A DNA stretch of 45,900 nucleotides from a virus. Where the stretch lies: the UHGV virus genome UHGV-1347344; one strand, given 5' to 3'. Below the pieces are notes generated by a model. It saw only the letters and a list, made by a program, of their open reading frames with translations. It had not been told where the DNA came from and ran no database searches. A program made the translations under genes and the position numbers. Positions 36,688 to 45,602 of the stretch are shown piece by piece (the first letter of the stretch is position 1; every line of letters starts with the position of its first letter).

Positions 36688-36954
36688 ATGCGTAACCCCT
36701 ACGAATATGAACCGGAAGATGAGCCCCACGTATGCGCAACCTGCGCCCGCTACTTCGAGAGCGACCAGCTGTGCAATATCTCTTCGGACATGGTGAAGGC
36801 CATCAAGGAACGGTTCGGCATCATGCTTGCCGATGCCGAGGTTGCCATCGACCCGAAGAAGATCACCCACTGCGAGGGATGGGTAAGCGCAGAACTTCAC
36901 GACAGGTACGCGCTGTATCGGGACAAGTTGGAAAAGAGGAGGAACGCGGCATGA
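36688..36954 (+). CDS. hypothetical protein (first rightward early gene)
   Basis: 88 aa with RBS AAGAGGA. Confidence 0.45.
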   Translation: MRNPYEYEPEDEPHVCATCARYFESDQLCNISSDMVKAIKERFGIMLADAEVAIDPKKITHCEGWVSAELHDRYALYRDKLEKRRNAA

Positions 36955-37157
36955 ACGGCACCATTTTCTGCCCGCACTGCAAGCTCAAGTACGACAAGGC
37001 CGTGAGGCTCAGGAGGCACCGCGACTTCTGGATCTGCTCGTCCTGCGCGGAATACTACACCGCCGAGACGCTGGTCACGGCGTGCGAGAACGCCGCACGG
37101 TCGTTTCTGGCAAAGGCCAACTACCTCAAAATCATGGCACGGAGGGCAGCGGCATGA
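36951..37157 (+). CDS. zinc-ribbon protein
   Basis: ATGA coupling. Product MNGTIFCPHCKLKYDKAVRLRRHRDFWICSSCAEYY… (CxxC…CxxC). Confidence 0.45.
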   Translation: MNGTIFCPHCKLKYDKAVRLRRHRDFWICSSCAEYYTAETLVTACENAARSFLAKANYLKIMARRAAA

Positions 37158-37312
37158 TTTCCAACGTCTACATGAAGCACGCCAAGGTATCTTTGGAACG
37201 GCCTAAAAAGGTTGACCGGGCTAGAGTTGCTGCGGTCATCATCTTTATGGCTGTCATGCTCGGTATCTGCATTCTTCCACAGATCTTGTACGGGATGGAG
37301 GCCATGCGATGA
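37154..37312 (+). CDS. small membrane protein (52 aa)
   Basis: ATGA overlaps on both sides; TM segment AAVIIFMAVMLGICILPQIL. Below the track cutoff. Confidence 0.35.
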   Translation: MISNVYMKHAKVSLERPKKVDRARVAAVIIFMAVMLGICILPQILYGMEAMR

Positions 37313-38139
37313 AACCGGAAATGCGGCTCAATGAACCGCCAGAAGTCTACCACGCCACCCGCGCCATAAGCAAAAGCGGTATGGACAAGCTCAGGCAGGC
37401 CCCCGCCAAATTCAAAGCTTGGATGGACGGCGTTACAGAAGAGGAAACGGAAGCATTCCTTTTCGGTTCTGTTTTCCACTGCCTTGCACTCGAACCCGGA
37501 GAATTCGGCAAACGGTACGCCGTAAAGCAATTCAACGGCTCAACCAAGGCGGGCAAGGAAGAAACCGCGACCGCCAAGGCCGCAGGGCTGGAACTGGTGC
37601 CAGCCAAAATACACAATGCAGCTTCGGCAATGGCGGAATCCGTTCTGATTCATCCTTTGATCGGCAAGTTGATGACTGCAAAGGATAAGCGGACGGAAGT
37701 CTCTATATACTGGAGCGAAACCGTGGACGGGCTCGAAATTCCATGCAAGGCCCGGCTGGACATGCTTGCCACCGTGCCGGGGTTCGGGCTCGTCGCCGTT
37801 GACCTTAAAAGCACGGACGACGCCAGCCCGGAAGGGTTGGCCCGCTCTGTACTCAAGTGGGGATATCACAGACAGGCAGTATGGTACCGCCGCGCACTCC
37901 GGGCCGTGGGCATGGACTCCAGCGTGTTCGTGCTCGTCGCCGTCGAGAAGACCGCCCCCCACCTTGTCACCGCCGCCAACGTCAGCGAGGACGCGCAGCA
38001 AGTCGGACTTGAAGAAATCAAGGACGCACTCAGCACATACGCATCCTGCACCAAGTCCGGCCTCTGGCCCGGATACGTTTCTGAAATCATCGATCTTGAC
38101 CTGCCCGAATGGGCTTACAAGAGGAGATTCGCCGCATGA
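37309..38139 (+). CDS. PD-(D/E)XK exonuclease (RecE/YqaJ-like), partner of RecT
   Basis: 276 aa, …GFGLVAVDLKST… (D-x-K). Coupled (ATGA) to the downstream recT. Confidence 0.6.
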   Translation: MKPEMRLNEPPEVYHATRAISKSGMDKLRQAPAKFKAWMDGVTEEETEAFLFGSVFHCLALEPGEFGKRYAVKQFNGSTKAGKEETATAKAAGLELVPAKIHNAASAMAESVLIHPLIGKLMTAKDKRTEVSIYWSETVDGLEIPCKARLDMLATVPGFGLVAVDLKSTDDASPEGLARSVLKWGYHRQAVWYRRALRAVGMDSSVFVLVAVEKTAPHLVTAANVSEDAQQVGLEEIKDALSTYASCTKSGLWPGYVSEIIDLDLPEWAYKRRFAA

Positions 38140-39041
38140 GTCAACTTGTACAGCAGAACAATATCACAGACCTTATCAAATCGCAGATGCCCGCCATTGC
38201 TTTGGTGATGAATGGCACATCGGAAAGGGAGCGGAAAATCAAGGCAGAACGTTTTGCACGTATCTGTCTGACCGCTGTCCGTAAAAATCCAAAACTCATG
38301 AAGTGCTCGCAAGAAAGCTTTGCAGCGGCTCTTATGAACTGTGCACAGCTCAACCTTGAGCCCAATACGCCGCAGGAATTGGCATATCTTATTCCCTATA
38401 AGGATGAATGCCAATTTCAAATTGGATACAAAGGGTTTCTACAGCTCGTATATCGTTCTGGCATTGTCTCATCATTCAATGCCGATGTTGTATACAGGGC
38501 TGAGGTTGAAAACGGTATGTTCGAATACCGTAAAGGGATCACACCAACCATTACCCACAAAGTCGATCTACTGCATCCAGAAGCCCGCGAGGGAGAACTT
38601 ATTGCGGCCTATGCAGCATGTACGCTCAAGGGCGGCGGTGAGGGGATGCTTCGACTTGTTGATAAAAAGGACATCGAGCGCGCACAAAAGACTAGCGCCA
38701 GTCTCGCCGCGAACAAAAAGTATGGAAAGGACAGCCCGTGGATTTCTTCTCCAGAAGCCATGTGGATGAAGACAGCCATCAAACGTCTTGCCGCTTGGCT
38801 TCCTCAGACGGAAATGCTGGCAATGGCCGTTGACCTCGACGACAAGTCAGAACGCGGGGAATCCCAACTTGTTCTTCCTGAATTGACGCCGACAGATGGC
38901 CTAAACGCGGCACTCACGGGAAGCACGCCGGAAGCGCAACCCGTCAATATGATCACCTGTCCGAAAACTGAAAAGCAGGTGAACGACTTGAAGTGTTCCG
39001 AATGTGACCAGCACGCCCAATGCCCGGCGTGGGCAGAATAA
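38136..39041 (+). CDS. recT: RecT-family single-strand annealing recombinase
   Basis: 301 aa with RecT family-wide similarity (…CAQLNLEPNTPQELAYLIPYKDECQFQIGYKGFLQLVYRSG…). Confidence 0.8.
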   Translation: MSQLVQQNNITDLIKSQMPAIALVMNGTSERERKIKAERFARICLTAVRKNPKLMKCSQESFAAALMNCAQLNLEPNTPQELAYLIPYKDECQFQIGYKGFLQLVYRSGIVSSFNADVVYRAEVENGMFEYRKGITPTITHKVDLLHPEAREGELIAAYAACTLKGGGEGMLRLVDKKDIERAQKTSASLAANKKYGKDSPWISSPEAMWMKTAIKRLAAWLPQTEMLAMAVDLDDKSERGESQLVLPELTPTDGLNAALTGSTPEAQPVNMITCPKTEKQVNDLKCSECDQHAQCPAWAE

Positions 39042-39096
39042 CCACCCCGGCCCGGCTCACCACCGGGCCTTTCTTTTACCATAAGGAGAAAGAGCC

Positions 39097-39501
39097 ATGA
39101 GCAGTCCTCTCGACATGCGAACCATGAACAACGGCGGCGTGGTCGAAGCCGTCAACATCGCGCTTGCCAAGGTCGCGGACAACATCGCGGACGTGAACAC
39201 GCCGCCGGACAAGCCCCGTACCGTCACCCTCAAAATCACATTCAAGCCCGACGAGAGCCGGACGCTGATCGCATCCAAGGCCGTTGTGACGACCAACCTC
39301 CAGCCGCAGGAACCGCAGACCATCCCGGTCGTGCTCGACAAGCTCGACGGCGCGCCCATGCTGTTCGAGTCATTCACCGACAACCGCCCCGACCAGTACC
39401 GCTTTGACGGCACCATGCCCTCTGAACTCAGGGGGAACGGCAGCGTGACCGTGAACGTAACCCCGTTCAAGAAGGCTGAGGAACACCCCATCAACCAGTA
39501 A
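39097..39501 (+). CDS. hypothetical protein
   Basis: 134 aa with RBS AAGGAGAAAG. Confidence 0.45.
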   Translation: MSSPLDMRTMNNGGVVEAVNIALAKVADNIADVNTPPDKPRTVTLKITFKPDESRTLIASKAVVTTNLQPQEPQTIPVVLDKLDGAPMLFESFTDNRPDQYRFDGTMPSELRGNGSVTVNVTPFKKAEEHPINQ

Positions 39502-39518
39502 CAAAAGGAAAAAATCAC

Positions 39519-39791
39519 ATGGAAATCAACCGTATTGAAGCTGACAGGCACCTCATCGGCGTAGGCCGGGAACTCGAATCCCTTGACGGCAAGGCCAAGG
39601 CCACACTTCCCATTCATGCCACGGAAGACGGGATGCGGTTCTACAAGCCTATGCTTGAAGGAGAATGGATTCCTCTCCTTGACGCCGCTCAGGGCACGCT
39701 CAACGTGGGCACCTTGCAGGCCGTGGTGGACTACATCAACCAGAACCCCGACGGGGATGGACCTCAGCAAGATCCTTGTCCACGTTTGTGA
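39519..39791 (+). CDS. hypothetical protein, possibly the N-terminal part of a frameshifted gene
   Basis: 90-aa ORF overlapping the next ORF in another frame across a GGGG run near 39757. Confidence 0.35.
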   Translation: MEINRIEADRHLIGVGRELESLDGKAKATLPIHATEDGMRFYKPMLEGEWIPLLDAAQGTLNVGTLQAVVDYINQNPDGDGPQQDPCPRL

Positions 39792-40284
39792 TGTGACTAC
39801 CGTGAAAGTCATGTCCATCCCCTTTGGGGGCTGGAAGCAGCGCACCACGTACATGCGGGCCGACGCCGTCGTCCCTGCCCACCGTTTCGGAAGCTGGACC
39901 TCGCCCGACGAGTTTGTCCCCTATCTCCAGTCCTGCTTTGTCCCCTCGGACGATCTCGACGCGCTCATCAAGATCAGCGGCAATCTCGTGGACACCTCGG
40001 AAGTCCGCGTACAGGACGACGGCGTGTCGCAGGAGGTTTCCATCCGCCAAGGCGCGGCACGCAAGGCCGAAGTGCCCGTACCGTCCCCTGCGGTTATCTT
40101 CCCGTTCAGCACCTTTGCGGAAGTCGCGCAGCCCGCGCACAAGGTCGTGTTCCGGCTCCAGTCCAGCCCGCTGGCCTGCAAACTCATCGAATGCGACGGC
40201 GGCGCGTGGAAGCTGGAAGCCATCGCCAATATCCGCACATGGCTGATTGAAAACCTGCCCGAAGGCGTGAAGGTCATCGCGTAG
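39757..40284 (+). CDS. hypothetical protein, possibly the C-terminal part of a frameshifted gene
   Basis: 175 aa from ATG at 39757; the upstream part of the 233-aa track ORF looks non-coding. Confidence 0.4.
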   Translation: MDLSKILVHVCDVTTVKVMSIPFGGWKQRTTYMRADAVVPAHRFGSWTSPDEFVPYLQSCFVPSDDLDALIKISGNLVDTSEVRVQDDGVSQEVSIRQGAARKAEVPVPSPAVIFPFSTFAEVAQPAHKVVFRLQSSPLACKLIECDGGAWKLEAIANIRTWLIENLPEGVKVIA

Positions 40285-40332
40285 CACCCCACGCCCCGCC
40301 CTCCCCCGGCGGGGCTTTTCATACCCCAAACC

Positions 40333-40599
40333 GTGGGCCGCGCATACGAAGCACGCGGAGATGATATGCAACAAGTCACAAAAGAAAGCGTAAACTGGCA
40401 TGAGTACGCACCAGCAAGAAATTGTGAGAATTGCCAGTATGGTAGACGTATTGATGTATATCAGTGCGTCTACCGCTGTGAGCTTAACGATTGGAATACC
40501 GGAACACTGTCAATCTGCGATAAATGGACGAAAAAGGCGGAATGGCGAAATGGGAAAGGCGGCTCACGTGGGTGTGGGTCGCCTTCTTTCTTTGGATAG
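40333..40599 (+). CDS. hypothetical Cys-rich protein
   Basis: 88 aa. Confidence 0.35.
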   Translation: MGRAYEARGDDMQQVTKESVNWHEYAPARNCENCQYGRRIDVYQCVYRCELNDWNTGTLSICDKWTKKAEWRNGKGGSRGCGSPSFFG

Positions 40600-40650
40600 T
40601 ATGGATGGTGTGCAGGGGCGCGGCTGCATGAACAACGCGCGGAGTGAAAT

Positions 40651-40986
40651 ATGCTGACGGAAAAGGAGCGTGAGTGGCTCACGGTTCGGAAAAAGGCTTG
40701 CGCCCGGTGCGGCAAAGTCCCGTCCCGGTGCAGCCAAGACCAGCGGAACGTCTGCTATAGGGCGGGCTTCCCGCTGTGGGACAAAACGACAGTTACGTTT
40801 GAATCGTACCGCGACGCCGCCGAGTTCGAGGCGAGGGTATCACGGTGTATTGCTGAGAATGTATCAGAACTAGATATGATATCTAACAACTTGCAGTTCC
40901 TTGATGGTTTCAAAGCCAAAAGCCTAGCGTGGTACATCCTGCGGGAAGCGCGTATCGCCGTTGAGGAGAAGATGGACAATGAGTGA
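40651..40986 (+). CDS. hypothetical protein
   Basis: 111 aa containing CARCGK…C. Confidence 0.4.
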   Translation: MLTEKEREWLTVRKKACARCGKVPSRCSQDQRNVCYRAGFPLWDKTTVTFESYRDAAEFEARVSRCIAENVSELDMISNNLQFLDGFKAKSLAWYILREARIAVEEKMDNE

Positions 40987-41182
40987 AACCTCCCTTGAAT
41001 CCATCATGAAGTGCTCGAAAGAGGCGATTGCGCGGGCGTATATGTGCCGGGACTATTATGAAAACATGAAAGAATGCCCTGAGGTTACGCCGATAAGGTG
41101 TTATCTCGGTCACTTCTGCGGAGACATAACCCCGCAGGAGTGGGAAGAAGTGCTGAACAGCGCGCAGGAGCCGAAAGAATGA
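40979..41182 (+). CDS. hypothetical protein
   Basis: 67 aa from ATG at 40979 overlapping the upstream stop. Confidence 0.35.
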   Translation: MSETSLESIMKCSKEAIARAYMCRDYYENMKECPEVTPIRCYLGHFCGDITPQEWEEVLNSAQEPKE

Positions 41183-41670
41183 CCATCACCACCGCAGAAC
41201 TCGCCCGCATCCGTTCCGCCGCCATTGGCGACATGCTCGGAGATCCCGGGGCGCTCGACAAACTTAGTCCGGCGGCTACCATTTTCAGGCTGTGCCGGGA
41301 ACTGGAACTATCGCGGAAACACGCCGTCACCATGTCAGAAGTAGCAGCCGCAGCGTGGGGCGGGGAAATCCCGTCACCGTTGCCCGGTCATACTCACATG
41401 ACCGAAGAAGAATTTACCGAAAGATATAACTGCCCTTGGTGTGGCGGTTCTGGTCACATCGACGATTGCGATGAAGCAGACAAACAGGTCAAGGCTCAAC
41501 TGGAACGGCTGGATCGGGAAGCGGATGTCCTCAGTATCTGGCTTGCAAACGCATATATCGACATTGATTTACTGCCCGAGATCGATTCCGGTGCTATGAA
41601 TCCGCCGTTGCCTGAAGATGTACGGGAAGCCGCACGCGAGGCTGCTAGAAAAGATGAACTCCAAACATGA
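41179..41670 (+). CDS. hypothetical protein
   Basis: ATGA coupling at 41179. Contains CPWCGGSGHIDDCDE. Confidence 0.4.
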   Translation: MTITTAELARIRSAAIGDMLGDPGALDKLSPAATIFRLCRELELSRKHAVTMSEVAAAAWGGEIPSPLPGHTHMTEEEFTERYNCPWCGGSGHIDDCDEADKQVKAQLERLDREADVLSIWLANAYIDIDLLPEIDSGAMNPPLPEDVREAAREAARKDELQT

Positions 41671-41816
41671 AAGAAATGCCGCAAGAGTATGGGCATTGGC
41701 AGAATTGCTTGCAATCTCTGGCGGATGTGAAGGATGTAATCTCAGGGGACTGCACAGTTGTCAGGATATCGTATCCAGAAAACTGTGCTGGATCAAAAAG
41801 GCCGATGAGATGATTA
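41667..41816 (+). CDS. small hypothetical protein (49 aa)
   Basis: ATGA coupling with the upstream gene. Alternative to the 41618..41869 track ORF in another frame. Confidence 0.25.
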
Positions 41817-41843
41817 AAAGGCGCAAGGCCGTGGGGAGGCTAA

Positions 41844-42368
41844 ATGAACTCAACGCCACAAATTCTTGATCCCTGTTGCGGTGGAAAAATGCTTTGGTTC
41901 AATAAAAATGATCATCGTGCTGCATTTTGTGACAGCAGACGAGAAAAGCATATACTTTGTGACGGAAGAGTTTTTGAAGTGAATCCAGATACGGTATGCG
42001 ATTTTCGCAAGTTACCCTTTCCTGACGAATCCTTTTTTCTTATTTGCTTCGATCCTCCACACCTCTTGCAAGCGGGAGAAACGTCTTGGATAAAGAAAAA
42101 ATATGGAAGCCTTAATAGGCTAACGTGGAGCGAAGACTTGTCGAAAGGGTTCGACGAATGCTGGCGCGTCCTCAAGCCCGGAGGGACGCTGATTTTCAAG
42201 TGGAACGAGACTCAGATCAGCTTGCGCGATGTGCTTTCCTGCTTTTCAAGACGCCCAGTTTTTGGACATACGACAACGAAACGCCGAGACACGCACTGGA
42301 TGACTTTTTACAAGGAAGCCGCTCGCGAGGCCGTGGAGGAAGGAGAAGAATCATGCCCGAAGAACTGA
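41844..42368 (+). CDS. small SAM-dependent methyltransferase (DPPH motif; putative DNA N6-adenine/N4-cytosine MTase class)
   Basis: 174 aa with ILDPCCGGK (motif I-like) and FLICFDPPHL (motif IV-like DPP[YFH]). RBS GGAGG. Confidence 0.45.
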   Translation: MNSTPQILDPCCGGKMLWFNKNDHRAAFCDSRREKHILCDGRVFEVNPDTVCDFRKLPFPDESFFLICFDPPHLLQAGETSWIKKKYGSLNRLTWSEDLSKGFDECWRVLKPGGTLIFKWNETQISLRDVLSCFSRRPVFGHTTTKRRDTHWMTFYKEAAREAVEEGEESCPKN

Positions 42369-42700
42369 CGTTGCTACCGTGCCCACTGTGTCAAGCAAGA
42401 GCACACGTTGAATGCCACAATGGAAAGTTCCGTGTGATATGTAAAGGCGAATCAGGATGTCCATTCAGAATGGGCGGAAAGTGGTTTGTTTTTCCCGATG
42501 AGTGCTATGACTGGTGGAACGCCTTCCCCCGAACACTGGAGTGGACGGACGAGCCGCCGAAGGTGCCGGGGTGGTACTGGTATCGCCACAAGCCTAGCCG
42601 TACAATCGCCATGATCAATGTAGACGTCGAGCCAATAGAATATGAATCCCTTCCCGGACAATGGGCAGGCCCCATCCCCGAACCCCGCGAACCGAAGTAG
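42353..42700 (+). CDS. lar: Lar-family restriction alleviation protein
   Basis: ATG at 42353 preceded by GGAGGAAGGAGAAGAA. Product MPEELTLLPCPLCQARAHVECHNGKFRVICKGESGCPFRMGGKWF…ECYDWWNAFPRT matches the Lar pattern (PCPFCGG…AIEAWNRR). Confidence 0.6.
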   Translation: MPEELTLLPCPLCQARAHVECHNGKFRVICKGESGCPFRMGGKWFVFPDECYDWWNAFPRTLEWTDEPPKVPGWYWYRHKPSRTIAMINVDVEPIEYESLPGQWAGPIPEPREPK

Positions 42701-42736
42701 CCCCGAAAGGGGCTTTCCTTTTTTCAGGAGAACCTC

Positions 42737-42916
42737 ATGCCCGAGAAGATTTCCCGTTTCGCTATCCTCGTCCGCGACATGCGGGCGGCCCAGAAACGCT
42801 ACTTCGAAACGCGGGACAAGGCCGACCTGTCCCGTGCCAAGGAACTCGAAAAGAAGGTGGACGACGAAATCACCGTCATCTTTGGCGGTGTTCGGACGCA
42901 AGGAACCTTGTTGTAG
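42737..42916 (+). CDS. small hypothetical protein (59 aa)
   Basis: RBS AGGAGAAC. Product MPEKISRFAILVRDMRAAQKRYFETRDKADLSRAKELEKKVDDEITVIFGG…. Below the track cutoff. Confidence 0.35.
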   Translation: MPEKISRFAILVRDMRAAQKRYFETRDKADLSRAKELEKKVDDEITVIFGGVRTQGTLL

Positions 42917-42927
42917 GAGAACCAATC

Positions 42928-43422
42928 ATGCGAAGACCCATCAACCCCGTAATCCCCTACCCGCACGAGGCCATCCAGCACACTCGCTGTGTTCTGGCCT
43001 TGTCCATGATCACCGTGGCGATTTCTTTCCTCAAGCCGGAAATGCTGGCGCAGCTTGGCGACCTCGGAAAGCAGGTCGAGAAGGTCAACCGCTGGATCGA
43101 CCGATGCGCGGACGACACGCAGAAGCGCAGACTCTCCGCAGGCGCGAAACGGGATCTGGATGCCCGGTTCCATATCCTTGCCGGGCACGTCGGGGATATT
43201 CAGGCGTCTGCCGCCGATGCTTCCCGCTGGACGCAATGGGCCGCCGGGATGTGGGCCGGACTGACCTTCCTTGAGGACTGCCGGAACACCTGCCCTGTCT
43301 ACTTCCGAGGCCTTCACTGGCACAACCTGCTCAAGACGCTGACCACGCTGTGTAATGCGCTCGAAAAGGTCGACCCGCAGATCGCTGAGATTGGGACGCG
43401 GGTGTACGAGCGGGCCGCGTAG
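42928..43422 (+). CDS. hypothetical protein
   Basis: ATG at 42928 preceded by TAGGAGAA; 164 aa. Confidence 0.45.
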   Translation: MRRPINPVIPYPHEAIQHTRCVLALSMITVAISFLKPEMLAQLGDLGKQVEKVNRWIDRCADDTQKRRLSAGAKRDLDARFHILAGHVGDIQASAADASRWTQWAAGMWAGLTFLEDCRNTCPVYFRGLHWHNLLKTLTTLCNALEKVDPQIAEIGTRVYERAA

Positions 43423-43436
43423 GGAGGATAAGAAAT

Positions 43437-43649
43437 ATGGAAACGACAATCTCGGAAATCCGCTCAATCGTACAGCGGCGTCGGGAGTTGGAGATTGAAG
43501 ACCAACGTCTCTACCAACGGTTTCTCGAACTGCTCGAACTCAACCAAGGGACTAGAAAATCTTCCCGCGATAGGCTATCCCCAGAATCAGGGAAGGCGCT
43601 TTTTGCTGGCTTGAAGAGAGGTTCTCATGAGCGTAGCAAAGCGCGGTGA
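43437..43649 (+). CDS. hypothetical protein (possibly excisionase-position gene)
   Basis: 70 aa directly upstream of int, overlapping it. RBS GGGAGGATAAG. Confidence 0.4.
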   Translation: METTISEIRSIVQRRRELEIEDQRLYQRFLELLELNQGTRKSSRDRLSPESGKALFAGLKRGSHERSKAR

Positions 43650-44691
43650 CGGCAGATTTGTCGTCAAGTTCAAAGATGAAGAAGGGCGCTGGAAACAGCG
43701 CTCTTTCCGTACTGATGAAGAGGCCCGGCAGTTCGATGCGGATTGCCAATATGATAAGGTGGAAAACACGCGCCTGACGCTGTTGGAGGCGGTGCTGGTG
43801 TACTTAAAGAACACTGAGTACGCCGAAAAAACCATAGCAACGTACGAGTTTTTGGTCTGTGGCCATGACAGGCAAAACGGCTATCACCGGGAAGGTCCAG
43901 CGGAGTTTATTGCCGACCGTTTTGTTGACACATTGACACGTCGTGACCTCGAAAATGTGCGCGAGAGGTGCAGGAATGATGGCCTGACTATGACAAGCAT
44001 CAACTCCTACGTTTCAAAACTCAAGGCCGCAATCAATTGGTGCGTCGAACAGGATTTGCTCCACGAGAATCCTTGGGGGAAATATCGGCAACTCCCAGGC
44101 GCAAAAAACAAGCCACGGACGGGAACGCTGGAAGACTTCCACAAACTCTTTCCTGTGCTCCCGCCGTGGCTTCAATGGGCAGCCCAAACCGCCATTGCCC
44201 TATGTCTGCGTCCCGGCATATCCGAACTTTTCCGTCTCGAATGGTCGGCATTCGACTGGAAGGCTAGAACTGTGTGCGTTTACATGCCGAAAGTTTGTAC
44301 TACAAAACTTGTATTCCCGCCAGAGGCATATCTTGCCGAAGCGTGGCTACGGTTCAAGTCAGACATGGCAGCTGGAAAAACCCTCGTTTGCCGTGGGAGA
44401 AAAGGCACGGCAGTGACCTCCTCCATGTACCACAAGTCATGGGATAGGGCATGTAAAAAAATCGGCGTACTTATGCCTATGTACGCGTTACGGCATATTG
44501 CTGCTTCCGAAATGCTGGCAAATGGGGTGGACATCGCAGCAGTGGCCGCGCAACTTGGGCACAAGAACATCACCACAACAGGGGCATTCTACACTCATGC
44601 GCTGGCATCATCCCAACGGCGTGCAGCTACATGCCTCCCTGATTGCACCAACTTGGTGCGGAATGGTGCAGAAAAACAATTACATAATTAA
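43627..44691 (+). CDS. int: tyrosine integrase/recombinase
   Basis: 354 aa with a C-terminal catalytic region (…ALRHIAASEMLANGVDIAAVAAQLGHKNITTTGAFYTHAL, R…H-x-x-R…Y). Last gene of the rightward early operon. Confidence 0.85.
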   Translation: MSVAKRGDGRFVVKFKDEEGRWKQRSFRTDEEARQFDADCQYDKVENTRLTLLEAVLVYLKNTEYAEKTIATYEFLVCGHDRQNGYHREGPAEFIADRFVDTLTRRDLENVRERCRNDGLTMTSINSYVSKLKAAINWCVEQDLLHENPWGKYRQLPGAKNKPRTGTLEDFHKLFPVLPPWLQWAAQTAIALCLRPGISELFRLEWSAFDWKARTVCVYMPKVCTTKLVFPPEAYLAEAWLRFKSDMAAGKTLVCRGRKGTAVTSSMYHKSWDRACKKIGVLMPMYALRHIAASEMLANGVDIAAVAAQLGHKNITTTGAFYTHALASSQRRAATCLPDCTNLVRNGAEKQLHN

Positions 44692-44860
44692 TAAAAACAA
44701 TGTATTGAGCATAAAAGCTATCTTCCGTTACGGAAGCGATACTATCTAATCATTTTAATATGTAACGAACATCCTGCACCAAACAGCTTGGTGCAGACGG
44801 CAAAAAGCGTCTTCCCAACGCCTCAAAAAAGTGAGCATCGGTATGCTGTGTGAATGCGAA

Positions 44861-44900
44861 AAACCCCCTCTCGATTCGCGCCGGGAGGGGGATTTTTTTG
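44861..44900 (+). terminator. rho-independent terminator downstream of int
   Basis: ccccctc…gaggggg stem followed by TTTTTTT. Confidence 0.55.
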
Positions 44901-44905
44901 TGTCT

Positions 44906-45136
44906 TCAATCCGACTTTTTCGCCACGAATCGGATCTCATCTCGGTGCTCAGGCAGCCACCTGCATTTGTTCAGGCACCACCACGGAGTGATGATGAACC
45001 GACCATCAGCTTTCGCTTTCCTGTCGGGATGAGCACCCGACACGGCACAGTCCAGAGAACACAGCATCAGGGCTTGAACGCGCTCACCGTGTGGGCAACG
45101 CAAGTTTTCCTCTTCTTCGGGCATGGGTAGTGGCAT
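44906..45136 (-). CDS. hypothetical protein downstream of tfa
   Basis: 76-aa ORF; weak. Confidence 0.3.
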   Translation of the reverse strand: MPLPMPEEEENLRCPHGERVQALMLCSLDCAVSGAHPDRKAKADGRFIITPWWCLNKCRWLPEHRDEIRFVAKKSD

Positions 45137-45188
45137 GACCTTCCTCCTTGTTTCTAAAGAGTCTAGCCATGCCTACGATTTTTGCAAA

Positions 45189-45590
45189 TCACGGCTCTAC
45201 AGGCCACGGACACGCCGGATCATCCGGCCCATTCCACGGAAATCCCGGCTGTTGCGGCAAATCGCGGAGCGCTTGCCGATAGACCTTGATCTCTTCAAGC
45301 TTGTCTTGTGAAATCGGATAGTCCGGTATGACGAGGTAATCAGTCTCAGCAATACGTCTATCACGCTCAGCGCGTACGTGAGCTGCGAGATCTTCGGTTG
45401 TCGGTACGGGAGGGACATAGGGCTGTTCTTCAGTCACGCATTCAGGGTGCGCCTCGGCATAGGCAAATGCCTCGTCCCATTCTTCCGCGAATTCGGCAGA
45501 GTAGGGATAGACATGGTAGGGCATACCATTTTTCGTGATGACGTATGAGTCGTCAAAAGTGCGGTGGATGATTTGCGAAAAATCAATCAT
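45189..45590 (-). CDS. tfa: tail fibre assembly protein (Tfa, Caudovirales tail assembly chaperone family)
   Basis: C-terminal …RRIAETDYLVIPDYPISQDKLEEIKVYRQALRDLP is the Tfa signature. Directly downstream of a tail-fibre C-terminus. Confidence 0.7.
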   Translation of the reverse strand: MIDFSQIIHRTFDDSYVITKNGMPYHVYPYSAEFAEEWDEAFAYAEAHPECVTEEQPYVPPVPTTEDLAAHVRAERDRRIAETDYLVIPDYPISQDKLEEIKVYRQALRDLPQQPGFPWNGPDDPACPWPVEP

Positions 45591-45602
45591 TTTAACCTCT
45601 TT

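Noticed and set aside
36490-36900. 136-aa minus-strand ORF
   Set aside because: Overlaps the terminator and the first rightward early gene on the opposite strand. No support.
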